Shown one piece after another: positions 8,785-17,308 of a stretch of 45,871 nt of DNA (positions are counted from its first letter, which is position 1; every line of letters begins with the position of its first letter). The position numbers and the translations under genes are program-made. The stretch comes from a virus (lineage: Duplodnaviria > Caudoviricetes): IMG/VR virus record IMGVR_UViG_3300044759_000050, positions 1 through 45,871 of that record; one strand, written 5' to 3'. The notes beneath the pieces were generated by a model, which ran no database searches, was not told where the DNA came from, and worked only from the letters and a program-made list of their open reading frames with translations.

Positions 8785-8919
8785 ACACACGCGAGTGTAA
8801 TTCGCCTAACCGCCCTTGGCGGTTTAGCCCTGAGCCCAGCAAGCACCCCGCGGGCGCGGAGCCCCCAAAGGATCGTTACTGTACGCTGTGTAAGCGCTGG
8901 TGCGCGGGGGTGCCGTGTA

Positions 8920-9117
8920 GTGACATCCTGCGCTGATCGGCCCCTGGCCGATCCGCCTAATGCCGATGAGCTGATCCGGCATGTGCTGAATGAGCTTGCG
9001 CTCCCTCAGGATGAGGCGCATAGCGACATGGCTCGGACGGCGCTTCGACGCAGTCAGTGGTCGACAGGGCGTGCGTACTGGCGACTGGTCGAAGATCTGA
9101 AACTCAACATTCGCTAA
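8920..9117 (+). CDS. Hypothetical protein
   Basis: 65-aa ORF ending the plus-strand cassette. Confidence 0.45.
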   Translation: MTSCADRPLADPPNADELIRHVLNELALPQDEAHSDMARTALRRSQWSTGRAYWRLVEDLKLNIR

Positions 9118-9137
9118 TGGGGCGCAGCCGAGTGGGG

Positions 9138-9154
9138 TGATCAAATTTTGATCA
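9138..9154. repeat. 17-bp palindrome, copy 1
   Basis: TGATCAAATTTTGATCA; intergenic between convergent genes. Confidence 0.95.
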
Positions 9155-9409
9155 GCTCAGCTGGATCATCCGTGCCACAAGTCGCAAGCTTAGTAGGCTT
9201 CTAAACGCCCACCCGCTCCCATGGCTCTACTTCTACGTGTAGAGGGGGTGCCACCCCCCTCCAAGCGTGTGTGACCAACGGGCTACGCCCGTAGCCTGTG
9301 CGCAACACTGCAGCTGCGCTGCATCAGTGTGGTGACATAATAGCTACGTGACATTGTGGTTTAGTGCAACACCGTAGCCACTTGGCCACATAAGTGATTG
9401 ATTTAACAC

Positions 9410-9441
9410 AAAAAAAATACCCTGGCGTTGCCGCCAGGGTA
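9410..9441 (-). terminator. Rho-independent terminator
   Basis: 10-bp stem TACCCTGGCG/CGCCAGGGTA, GCAA loop and T8 on the minus strand, just after ORF 9459-10022. Confidence 0.85.
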
Positions 9442-9458
9442 CATGTGATGTATTCACA

Positions 9459-10022
9459 TCACTTCTTCGCCTTGCCTTCCTGTGCAATGATGCCTTCCAG
9501 CAACACACGTGCCCGCTCCTCGGACACACCAGCCGCGCGTGCAAGTGCGCGGATATCACGTACACCCTGGTCTACTGGTGAACGTTGCCCTTCGGCCAGC
9601 TCGCGTTGCACATCTACAACAGCGAACACTGTTGCATCAAGGGCACTGTTGCCCATTTTCCTCAGCCGGCCCTGAAGAATGATGCGGACACTCGAAGCGG
9701 CCCAAAAGAGTATGTCTTCTTCGCTACAGTTGCTGAAATCCAACTCGGAAACGACCGGATATTCTTCGTTGGCGTCCTTATGCAGCTTGAACGTATAAGC
9801 TGCCTTTACAACTTTGGGGCGAATCGTCTCAAAAGAGCGCTTTCTTGTGTCATCTTTGCCCAGCGGCTGACGCTGTCCAACTACGTTGGCGGCGCCCTTT
9901 GGCTTAGGGGGTGACATTTTTGCCGCACTTGTGTCCTTAGGGACACGCGGCGCCTTAGCAACCTGCGGTTGCTCATTGGTTGTGTTGCTGATCGGCTGCA
10001 CAGTGGTGATAGCGTCACTCAT
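9459..10022 (-). CDS. Hypothetical protein (probable early gene)
   Basis: GGAG RBS before MSDAITT; followed by a terminator. Confidence 0.75.
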   Translation of the reverse strand: MSDAITTVQPISNTTNEQPQVAKAPRVPKDTSAAKMSPPKPKGAANVVGQRQPLGKDDTRKRSFETIRPKVVKAAYTFKLHKDANEEYPVVSELDFSNCSEEDILFWAASSVRIILQGRLRKMGNSALDATVFAVVDVQRELAEGQRSPVDQGVRDIRALARAAGVSEERARVLLEGIIAQEGKAKK

Positions 10023-10092
10023 AGAAGTTCTCCATAATTTATTGGCCCAACAGCTGCAAAGCCACATGTGCGACGCATGTGCGACACTGTGA

Positions 10093-10368
10093 TTATTCAG
10101 CTACATTCATCATTTGCACCAGCTGTTGCCATTCGGCAACAGTGGCCTCGCAGCACAGATGCGGATAAGTTCGCGTTTTGGTTGTAAAGTTGACCAACTC
10201 ACGCAGAATAGCGAATTGACGGTCAGTAGTACACGCTTCACGTGTAGCGGCAAAATTAACATGGTGCTTGCCATGTGCATTTCTATCCGTGAGGGTTTCA
10301 CGTGTTTCGCGTGTCATACACGCTTCACGTGTATCACGGATAGCACGTATCAGCATAGACTTTCTCAT
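10093..10368 (-). CDS. Hypothetical protein (probable first early gene)
   Basis: GGGAG RBS before MRKSMLIRA; TREAC occurs twice. Confidence 0.6.
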   Translation of the reverse strand: MRKSMLIRAIRDTREACMTRETRETLTDRNAHGKHHVNFAATREACTTDRQFAILRELVNFTTKTRTYPHLCCEATVAEWQQLVQMMNVAE

Positions 10369-10429
10369 ATTGCAACTCCCAATTGTGGGCGGCGCAACAT
10401 GTGGCCATGTAGCTGTTGGGCGGTTCACA

Positions 10430-10471
10430 TTGTCAAAGAGCCCGGACTACGTCCGGTCATTCAACATACCA
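10430..10471 (-). promoter_or_regulatory. Extended -10 promoter, hairpin and boxA-like antitermination site
   Basis: Minus strand reads TGGTATGTT, then CCGGAC-GTA-GTCCGG, then GCTCTTTGACAA (10441-10430). Confidence 0.6.
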
Positions 10472-10825
10472 TGAATGCGCCATTTGGTGTGTAAAATCGT
10501 AGTGCGAGCTCTTCAACAAATTGTGATAATTATGAACATTTTGCAATCTGCGATTGCAAAATTGGGCACATTTGAGTGAGCACACGCTATGCACGTAGTG
10601 CGCAAATCGCAAGCACCTTTACGTCGCCGGCGCTGTGCGCGGCGATCTTACACGCTAGGCGTGCGTGTGGTGCGCGAACGCGCAACCTCAGGCTGTGATC
10701 GCTGGGGACGATCGCAACTCTGATCCAAATCTCTTAAAAATTTAAATAAATAAATAGGGCTCCGTCCAAAACGCTATTGGCTGCGCCAATTCATTGCTGA
10801 CGCGAAACGCTGGCGCGTTTGCAGC

Positions 10826-11293
10826 TTACGCGGGAGTTTCATCTGTCGGGGAGCGCACCTCGACAAACTCAGCATCAATGGCTGCGCCATTGGAGTTATG
10901 CGTCCCGCCTGCGGCGCTTTGGTCCATGGGCACAGGCAACGATAGCTGCTCAGCCATGGCCCTGAGCTGATCCTCAAGCATACTATCAGACATACGTCCA
11001 ACGTTCAGATTCACATTGATGCTGCTTTCAGTTTTGTCAGTATAGCCGCCAGTGCGACTGAGCTGAACAAGTGCATTCACATAACGGTCAGGAAAAGCCT
11101 TGCCAAGCTTCCTGATGTCATCATACGTCGGACTGGCTTCGAGAAATACAGCTAGCAGATCAAGAAAGGGTGTGCGGTCATACGCCCTGAGGCGTGTGCG
11201 TAGCTCATCGCCCGTAAAACCTACATGAGACTTGGGTTCGCCAGGGTCCTGCGGACCCGTACGCTCTTGCGCTACGCTTCCAGATCTGGTCAT
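10826..11293 (-). CDS. Putative terminase small subunit (oligomerisation part)
   Basis: Helical core then YTDKTE..NVN...MSD..LE..L and IDAEFVEV, resembling TerS C-termini; same strand as terL. Confidence 0.5.
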   Translation of the reverse strand: MTRSGSVAQERTGPQDPGEPKSHVGFTGDELRTRLRAYDRTPFLDLLAVFLEASPTYDDIRKLGKAFPDRYVNALVQLSRTGGYTDKTESSINVNLNVGRMSDSMLEDQLRAMAEQLSLPVPMDQSAAGGTHNSNGAAIDAEFVEVRSPTDETPA

Positions 11294-11754
11294 ACGCCAT
11301 CCTTTCGAATGTATGGGCTCTTGCGCTCCTTGCGCCCAGGCATTAGGCCGACACCACGTGCAGCCCGCAGCGCGGCATTCTGCCGCTTCTGCGCAAACAC
11401 CTCAGGGTTAGCCACCTGGTGTTCGATGCGCTTGAGCGCAATGTCAGCAGTGGTGTTCAAGCCACGCGAGCGCTGTGTCTTCTCATTCACAAGCTCAGCC
11501 GCTAGAAAGATCCACTGATCGACAGCAGTCATGCTTGTAATCCACACACCATCAGGGCGCTTAATGGCTGGGAATGCATACAGCTCAACCCAACGCCACA
11601 TCGTTACGATCGACGAGATGCCCATGTAACGACAGATGTTCTCAGCCCCAACGATGATGTTATCAGATGGATCGACGTACAAGCGTGCAGCGAAGCTATC
11701 CACATGCGAGCCGCCATAAGGCTTGTCACGGGTGGTGCCCCTAGTCATCGACAC
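11290..11754 (-). CDS. Winged-HTH DNA-binding protein (excisionase/Nu1-like fold)
   Basis: GAENICRYMGISSIVTMWRWVELYAFPAIKRPDGVW. Confidence 0.65.
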   Translation of the reverse strand: MSMTRGTTRDKPYGGSHVDSFAARLYVDPSDNIIVGAENICRYMGISSIVTMWRWVELYAFPAIKRPDGVWITSMTAVDQWIFLAAELVNEKTQRSRGLNTTADIALKRIEHQVANPEVFAQKRQNAALRAARGVGLMPGRKERKSPYIRKDGV

Positions 11755-11796
11755 ACCTGCGATGTGTATGCGATCTTACGGCTTCGCCGACGCATA

Positions 11797-12138
11797 TCAG
11801 CGCACCTTCTCATCACTCACACATTGCACAATCTTGACGTCCTTGCGAATATAGGGATCTTTACAAACTGTGCGGCCCTTAGTGTCAAGCACAATCCAGT
11901 CCTCAGCGTAGTACTCCATCGGCTCCGGCGCTTCGCGCTGGGTGCGAGGAGTATTGTGCGGCTGCTCAGCAGGCTGCGCCTGCCTGTAGCGCTCGGGGGG
12001 CAGATAGCCTTGAGCGCTTGCAGCGCTCATAATCATCTTGATCCCCTGCAGCAGCACAAATACGATCAGGGCGAGAGCAGCGAGTGCCACAATGGCGCCC
12101 AGAACGGGGCGCTTTGGCTCATAACCATAGCCCTTCAC
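11797..12138 (-). CDS. Membrane-anchored hypothetical protein
   Basis: N-terminal TM segment; two C-terminal Cys. Confidence 0.65.
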   Translation of the reverse strand: MKGYGYEPKRPVLGAIVALAALALIVFVLLQGIKMIMSAASAQGYLPPERYRQAQPAEQPHNTPRTQREAPEPMEYYAEDWIVLDTKGRTVCKDPYIRKDVKIVQCVSDEKVR

Positions 12139-12245
12139 TGGCCACCTCGACGTGACTTGATGTTCGCCTCAAGAGCGATCCAGATGCGGCGCACCGCATC
12201 CGACATTGTGCGCACAGCGCTTATGGTTGGCAGGTTTGTGGGCAT
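12135..12245 (-). CDS. Small hypothetical protein (36 aa)
   Basis: GGAGG RBS; begins MPTNLPTISAV; GTGA coupling to the next gene. Confidence 0.45.
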   Translation of the reverse strand: MPTNLPTISAVRTMSDAVRRIWIALEANIKSRRGGQ

Positions 12246-12362
12246 GATGGGCCTCCATGGCCATGTCTCGCACGCAGCGCTTGCCGCGTCAACCCATGCG
12301 GCTGTGCCGCGGGCACAAAAAATGACACATCAACGCAGCTACGCTTGTGCGGCTAAGTATGG

Positions 12363-12379
12363 TGATCAAATTTTGATCG
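12363..12379. repeat. 17-bp palindrome, copy 2 (1 mismatch)
   Basis: TGATCAAATTTTGATCG; in the divergent intergenic region. Confidence 0.9.
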
Positions 12380-12419
12380 GTCAGCTATGATGCATATCCA
12401 AGCGATTTGAGTGCAGGAC

Positions 12420-12610
12420 GTTTCCAAAACCCCAATAAAAACAAGGGCTTATCAATGGTGATTTTGTGACAAATTGCCTTATATATCCCGTTTAAAATTC
12501 CATATAACCACATATACAATTCCCTGTACCCCCAATATAATGGGGTTTGCACTTTTTCACGCGTCAAAATTTCCCAATAAAAACAACGCCTTACGCCAAC
12601 CAAAGGAAAT
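12420..12610. promoter_or_regulatory. AT-rich divergent control region; helicase promoter; possible replication origin
   Basis: Markedly AT-rich; TATACA-17 nt-TATAAT at 12513-12541; origin role is an inference. Confidence 0.5.
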
Positions 12611-12615
12611 CCTCC

Positions 12616-14088
12616 ATGCCAGAAACGCCGATTCCTTCCTGTGATGAGCCCCACAACAACGCAGAATCAGTCCGAAATACAAGCGACGACGCCCTTGCTC
12701 TCACATTTACGGATCTAAATCACAAGGATATGCGCTTTTCAGGTCAGTTGACTAAATGGCATATATGGACTGGCATAAAATGGGAGTCTGATCACAAACT
12801 CACCGTCTACAAGAAGGCTCGTCTGTTTATCAGACAAACGGCTGTCGGCATTCAAGATGCAATCGTCAAGCGGCTCAAAGACGAGATCCCGTTTCGCGCT
12901 GACGATGCCACTAAACAGAAGCTGACGCTTGAAGCCCAGTCGAAGGCCCGTCGCAGTACGTCAGCCATACAAAGCAGCGGCACCATACACAGCATTGTGA
13001 AGCTGGCCCGCTATGATAAGCGCATTGCCATTGGCATTGAGGAGTGGGACGCCGATCCCTGGGCATTGAACACCCCAGCCGGCACGATCGACCTCAAAAC
13101 AGGCGAGGTTCGCAAGCATAATCCACTGAATTACATTACACAAGCAACCGCTGTTGGTCCGCGAAACGCGCAGCCGGTCAAGTGGCTTGAGTTCCTCAAA
13201 ATGATTATGCGCAACGATGAGGAGATGATTCGCTATCTGCAAAAGGTGTTCGGGTACTGCTTGGTCGGTGAGACCAAAGAGCACCAGATGTATTTCGCTT
13301 ATGGAACGGGGGCTAATGGCAAGGGCGTTACGCTCAGCACAATTCGCGGCGTTTTAGGCAGTTACGGCATTGAAGCTGCAATCGAAACATTTATCATCAA
13401 CGACTCGTCACGGCATCCAACTGAGTTAGCAGACCTAAAAGGCTCTCGGCTTGTGACATGTGGCGAAACCGATGACGGCCAGCGATGGGCCGAAGCTCGC
13501 ATAAAGATGTTGACTGGCGGCGATCCCGTAAAAGCTCGCTTTATGCGCCAGGATCCATTCGAGTACACCCCTCAATTCAAATTGTTTTTGGCTGGCAATC
13601 ATAAGCCCCGATTGAATAATGTCGATGAAGCTATCGAACGCCGTTTCCGGCTCATACCGTTTACGTTTACCGTTCCAAAGCCTCAGCGTGATGTAGACCT
13701 CGGCCAGAAGCTACGTGAGGAGTGGCCTGCTATTCTGGCCTGGGCTATTGACGGCTGTTTAGCCTGGCAAGCCGAGGGCTTGGAGCCGCCCGCTGCAGTT
13801 GCCACCGCAACAAAAAGCTACCTTAATCAGGAGGATTCCATAACGGCGTGGTTCAATGAGTGTTGCGCAGCAAGTGATAGTAAGTCATTTGTATACATCA
13901 AGGACCTGTTTGAGTCTTGGCGTGGGTGGGCCCTTGACAATGGGGAACAGGTCGGCACTAAGCGCATCCTGACCAGGCATCTTGAAGATCGTGAACCCGT
14001 CTTGAAGATTTCAAAGGCTAAGCGCAACGAGGGGTTTGGATTTATGGGATTGGAGCTGACTGTAAAGGCCAAGAGCCTCAATGCGTGA
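12616..14088 (+). CDS. D5/P4-family SF3 helicase lacking a primase domain
   Basis: D5_N-like N-terminus; Walker A GTGANGKG; IKMLTGGD..ARF; GNHKP and RRF motifs. Confidence 0.9.
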   Translation: MPETPIPSCDEPHNNAESVRNTSDDALALTFTDLNHKDMRFSGQLTKWHIWTGIKWESDHKLTVYKKARLFIRQTAVGIQDAIVKRLKDEIPFRADDATKQKLTLEAQSKARRSTSAIQSSGTIHSIVKLARYDKRIAIGIEEWDADPWALNTPAGTIDLKTGEVRKHNPLNYITQATAVGPRNAQPVKWLEFLKMIMRNDEEMIRYLQKVFGYCLVGETKEHQMYFAYGTGANGKGVTLSTIRGVLGSYGIEAAIETFIINDSSRHPTELADLKGSRLVTCGETDDGQRWAEARIKMLTGGDPVKARFMRQDPFEYTPQFKLFLAGNHKPRLNNVDEAIERRFRLIPFTFTVPKPQRDVDLGQKLREEWPAILAWAIDGCLAWQAEGLEPPAAVATATKSYLNQEDSITAWFNECCAASDSKSFVYIKDLFESWRGWALDNGEQVGTKRILTRHLEDREPVLKISKAKRNEGFGFMGLELTVKAKSLNA

Positions 14089-14137
14089 GTTTGTCGTCAT
14101 GGTCGAATGTCCCGACGATTGGTAGTGCAATCAATGG

Positions 14138-14166
14138 TTGCATCTGATGGCATTTCATGCCATTAT
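14138..14166 (+). promoter_or_regulatory. Sigma70-like promoter
   Basis: TTGCAT-17 nt-CATTAT, overlapped by inverted repeat ATGGCAT/ATGCCAT. Confidence 0.6.
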
Positions 14167-14240
14167 GTGTATGGTCATGGCGTACCGCCATCCATCTGGA
14201 AGCGCTAGCGCTTCCAGTGACCATAACACGGAGATGCGAA

Positions 14241-14423
14241 ATGATACTCAAGATCATCATGGCCACCGCCCTGGCGGCCGCATTCGCGGCGTGCGATGTC
14301 GTCGCAAACCATGCAGCTAAGAGCAGCCGCTCGCTGAACGCCACTCGCTCTGACGCGGGCGTCACGTTTGGCCGTGGCGTCTGTGACGACCCTACCTGGA
14401 AGTGCGGCCGACACGGCAACTGA
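14241..14423 (+). CDS. Small exported protein, possible lipoprotein
   Basis: MILKIIMATALAAAFAAC lipobox-like N-terminus; GGAG RBS. Confidence 0.5.
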   Translation: MILKIIMATALAAAFAACDVVANHAAKSSRSLNATRSDAGVTFGRGVCDDPTWKCGRHGN

Positions 14424-14478
14424 CAGCTGCGCTGTCAACCGTCGCATCTCCCATCAACCCAACAAGGACCTCAAAACT

Positions 14479-14946
14479 ATGACAAATTACGCTGCAGACC
14501 ATGTGCCGAACTGGAGCCGTCAGCCAGACGCTTCGCGTCTGAACACGCTTATTAGCTTTGTGCTTGAGGCGCATGAGCCGATCAACAAGACGAACTTCCG
14601 GCGCTGGCTCGTCGAGCTGGCATATGCCAAGGACGACACAGCATCCTGCTCGAACGGCCATGACCATGGCTGTAACCGCGGCCTCGGTGAATGGTTAGGC
14701 ATCGAGCCCTACGGGCAAGGGACCGATGGCTCGGTGCCATGGAACAAGCAGATCGGCTTCTCGTCTGAGCGGCTGAATCGCTACGTTGATCCGCTGTGGC
14801 GTGAAGCGATCATCGTGGCGGACTTCGCCACGCAAAAAGCCATGTATGTGCAGCTGTTGCGCGACTTGCGCGACCACAAGCAGTTCTGGTATACCCTTCC
14901 AGCCAACGCCGTGTCTGAGTACGACGCTGTGATGGCTGCGGGCTGA
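14479..14946 (+). CDS. Hypothetical protein
   Basis: AAGGA RBS; followed by a terminator. Confidence 0.75.
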   Translation: MTNYAADHVPNWSRQPDASRLNTLISFVLEAHEPINKTNFRRWLVELAYAKDDTASCSNGHDHGCNRGLGEWLGIEPYGQGTDGSVPWNKQIGFSSERLNRYVDPLWREAIIVADFATQKAMYVQLLRDLRDHKQFWYTLPANAVSEYDAVMAAG

Positions 14947-14970
14947 GCGACTGGGTTCGTTCTCCATCCT

Positions 14971-14997
14971 GGGGGGCCGCGTTGGCCCCCCTTTTTT
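14971..14997 (+). terminator. Rho-independent terminator
   Basis: GGGGGGCC-GCGTT-GGCCCCCC followed by TTTTTT. Confidence 0.85.
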
Positions 14998-15021
14998 GCA
15001 ACCCTTGAAAGGACTAAAGCC

Positions 15022-15183
15022 ATGTCTGACCGCACGCATCCTGAGGACGAGGTTGACGAAGACGCTGTTCGCCAGGATCATGAGGAGCTGGGTAATGAGG
15101 CCTTCGATGACAAGTATGGCGTTGATCCGAATGTGCCCTACGAGCCTGTCCCTGGGAACCCCGACGATGAGACCAAGCAATAG
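15022..15183 (+). CDS. Very acidic 53-aa protein
   Basis: AAAGGA RBS; hand translation begins MSDRTHPEDEVDEDAVRQDHEELGNEAFDD; not in the ORF track. Confidence 0.7.
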   Translation: MSDRTHPEDEVDEDAVRQDHEELGNEAFDDKYGVDPNVPYEPVPGNPDDETKQ

Positions 15184-15254
15184 CCGTTAGTCTCTGGAAG
15201 CGCCCACCAAGGGCGGGTGGGCGCTTCGACGGACTAACATGAGGATGCGATCCC

Positions 15255-15443
15255 ATGAACAAGATGAAAGCCCTCAGCTTGGCCAACGAGCTCAACCGTG
15301 GTCAGGTTGAGAGCGTCGAGAGCTGCTGGATGTTCGTCGCCACGGGCAATCGCGGCGGCTACGACGTTCGAAAGTACATCCGCATTGAGACAGCAGTCGG
15401 TGCGGGCTGGCGTTTCCACTCCATCTATGAGGCAAAATCATGA
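15255..15443 (+). CDS. Hypothetical protein
   Basis: GAGGA RBS; coupled to the next ORF. Confidence 0.6.
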   Translation: MNKMKALSLANELNRGQVESVESCWMFVATGNRGGYDVRKYIRIETAVGAGWRFHSIYEAKS

Positions 15444-15760
15444 ACATCGACAAGATCAAGCGCTTGCAGAAGTACTATGCGTCGCAGGCGGAGCACATAG
15501 AGTGGAACCAGCGCTGCTGCGTCGGGGGCGTGTTGGAGAATTGGGGCAATCGCTCATCGACCAATGCCAGCCCGCACAGCATCAGCACAGAGCTGAGCAT
15601 TACTTATGCTGAGGCGGAAAAGCTGTTTTGGTTACGCGCCCCAGACGGCATTGGCCGTCTCAGCGAATTCAACCACATGTCGCTGGCTCAGCAAAAGGCT
15701 TTCCTGCACGAAGCGCTTGAAACGCTCATGCGTACAGGTGAGGTTGTCATCACACTTTGA
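15440..15760 (+). CDS. Hypothetical protein
   Basis: 106 aa; ATGA coupling. Confidence 0.65.
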   Translation: MNIDKIKRLQKYYASQAEHIEWNQRCCVGGVLENWGNRSSTNASPHSISTELSITYAEAEKLFWLRAPDGIGRLSEFNHMSLAQQKAFLHEALETLMRTGEVVITL

Positions 15761-15777
15761 TGATCAAATTTTGATCA
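15761..15777. repeat. 17-bp palindrome, copy 3
   Basis: TGATCAAATTTTGATCA directly upstream of the XRE gene's RBS. Confidence 0.95.
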
Positions 15778-15793
15778 CAACAGGACGATCCCA

Positions 15794-16039
15794 ATGAGAA
15801 CTAAGAAAGAGCGCCAGCCCTTCGTCAGGCGCGGCGCGGAGACCAACGACATCTTCGTGGAAGACCTCAGGGGCCACGTGCGGAACGCCCACGTTACGTG
15901 GGCCAACTTGGCTGCTGATGCAAATGTGTGCGTTAGCACCGTCAGCAAGTTTGCTTATGGTGAAACCAAGCGGCCCACCTTCCGCACTGTGTTTCGCATT
16001 GCGGACGCCCTGGGTATCACGCTAAGGATGGATCGATAA
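15794..16039 (+). CDS. XRE/Cro-family HTH regulator
   Basis: TWANLAADANVCVSTVSKFAYGETKRPTFRTVFRIADALG. Confidence 0.85.
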   Translation: MRTKKERQPFVRRGAETNDIFVEDLRGHVRNAHVTWANLAADANVCVSTVSKFAYGETKRPTFRTVFRIADALGITLRMDR

Positions 16040-16149
16040 TGGGCGTTTGGCATGGGTAATACCCCGTTTCGCGTGACATCCATGCAGATGCGTGTATTAT
16101 GTGCCAAATGCATTCCGTGCCGTTTCGTTTCACGCTTTCTGGAGCCCCC

Positions 16150-16404
16150 ATGGCGACCCCCGAAGAGATGCGTCAACTTATGCAACTTGGCGCTGGTGAT
16201 GAGCCCGGCGATAAGGCCTTGAGAGCGTACATGATCGAGCAACTTGCTGATCGTGAAGCTGACGTTGGTGCCACCGTTAGGTGTCAGTGGTGCGGCAAGG
16301 GCTATCGCAAAGACCGCCGCTCACAGAAGTTTTGTCAGCCTGAATGTCGTGCAGAGTTCCACGTATTTGCCAAGCGTTACATACGTACAAGGAGAGCCCT
16401 CTAA
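16150..16404 (+). CDS. Zn-finger protein
   Basis: CQWC...FCQPECR; promoter-like GTGACA-16 nt-TATTAT upstream. Confidence 0.65.
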   Translation: MATPEEMRQLMQLGAGDEPGDKALRAYMIEQLADREADVGATVRCQWCGKGYRKDRRSQKFCQPECRAEFHVFAKRYIRTRRAL

Positions 16405-16406
16405 CC

Positions 16407-16721
16407 ATGCCCCAAGATCCTAATCGCTACAAAGACGTCTTGCAGCCTGATGATCCCCAGTTCATGCAAGCCGGTGCTGAGCTAATGAACACCCTGTCAC
16501 CCGTGTTCACCAACTGGCTCGCCGAGATGGCCATCAAGGACATTGCGCCTAAGGAGGCCTACAAGGCGTCTGTCATGGTCTTCGCTGCGATGGTTGGCAC
16601 ACTTGCAGAAACATGCGCCAAGCCTGATATGCACGCTCTGTTCGCTGACGACTTCTGCGATGAGTTGAAGATCTTTCTGCAAGGCATCCATGGAGGCGCT
16701 GGTGTTGACCGTCATAATTGA
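16407..16721 (+). CDS. Hypothetical protein
   Basis: AAGGAG RBS. Confidence 0.65.
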   Translation: MPQDPNRYKDVLQPDDPQFMQAGAELMNTLSPVFTNWLAEMAIKDIAPKEAYKASVMVFAAMVGTLAETCAKPDMHALFADDFCDELKIFLQGIHGGAGVDRHN

Positions 16722-17130
16722 AGCCAAACGCCCCGCTTACAGCGGGTGGCGCATACGTCAGCGTTTGGGCGATGACAACTTCGCCTATCGCGAAAACAAA
16801 ATCACCCTCGCCGAGCTGGTTGAACGCGCTGAGCGCGTACGCAGCCGCTGGACTTACGCCGAACCCTCAACCGAATTTCGTCTAAAGGTACTTGATCATG
16901 CCTCAACTAGAGAACCACGATCCGAACGTACGCCTGCAGGGTGCCTCGGAGGACCAATTGATCCTCAGCGCTTACCGGCTCATGTTGGCCGTGCGAGCAA
17001 CGCTCGCAATTCTGAGCGATCCAGAACATCCGGCCCACGCCGAGAAATTGCTGCTGTCCCTAGCAGTCGACGGCCTCCTCGCCCGAGTGGAACAGATGGT
17101 CACGCGCATGGAGATGGCGCGATATCCTGA
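16690..17130 (+). CDS. Hypothetical protein (3' part overlaps the next ORF)
   Basis: Fills the gap 16721-16898; the long overlap makes its extent doubtful. Confidence 0.4.
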   Translation: MEALVLTVIIEAKRPAYSGWRIRQRLGDDNFAYRENKITLAELVERAERVRSRWTYAEPSTEFRLKVLDHASTREPRSERTPAGCLGGPIDPQRLPAHVGRASNARNSERSRTSGPRREIAAVPSSRRPPRPSGTDGHAHGDGAIS

Positions 17131-17188
17131 AACCGGCGTGATTTTGGGTTTCGATCCGCCGTTGCCCGGCGATGATGACGCGGACTAA
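16898..17188 (+). CDS. Hypothetical protein
   Basis: Helical 96-aa ORF with AAGG upstream. Confidence 0.6.
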   Translation: MPQLENHDPNVRLQGASEDQLILSAYRLMLAVRATLAILSDPEHPAHAEKLLLSLAVDGLLARVEQMVTRMEMARYPETGVILGFDPPLPGDDDAD

Positions 17189-17308
17189 ACATTTATGTTG
17201 CGGCGAAGCCGCACGTGTGTCATAAACATGTAAATCGCCATTGGGCGATTTACAACCCGCTGGAAGCGCAGCGCAATCACGTGGGCGCAGCCCACAGGAG
17301 TTTGACTA

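Noticed and set aside
9138-9154. The palindrome as an FNR/FixK box
   Set aside because: FNR is TTGAT-N4-ATCAA; here the half-sites are in the opposite order with different spacing
4527-9154. Invertible lysis cassette
   Set aside because: No recombinase, and no matching repeat at the left boundary
11290-11860. PYIRKD occurs near the C-termini of two adjacent ORFs
   Set aside because: Only six residues, with divergent codons and unrelated contexts; probably chance
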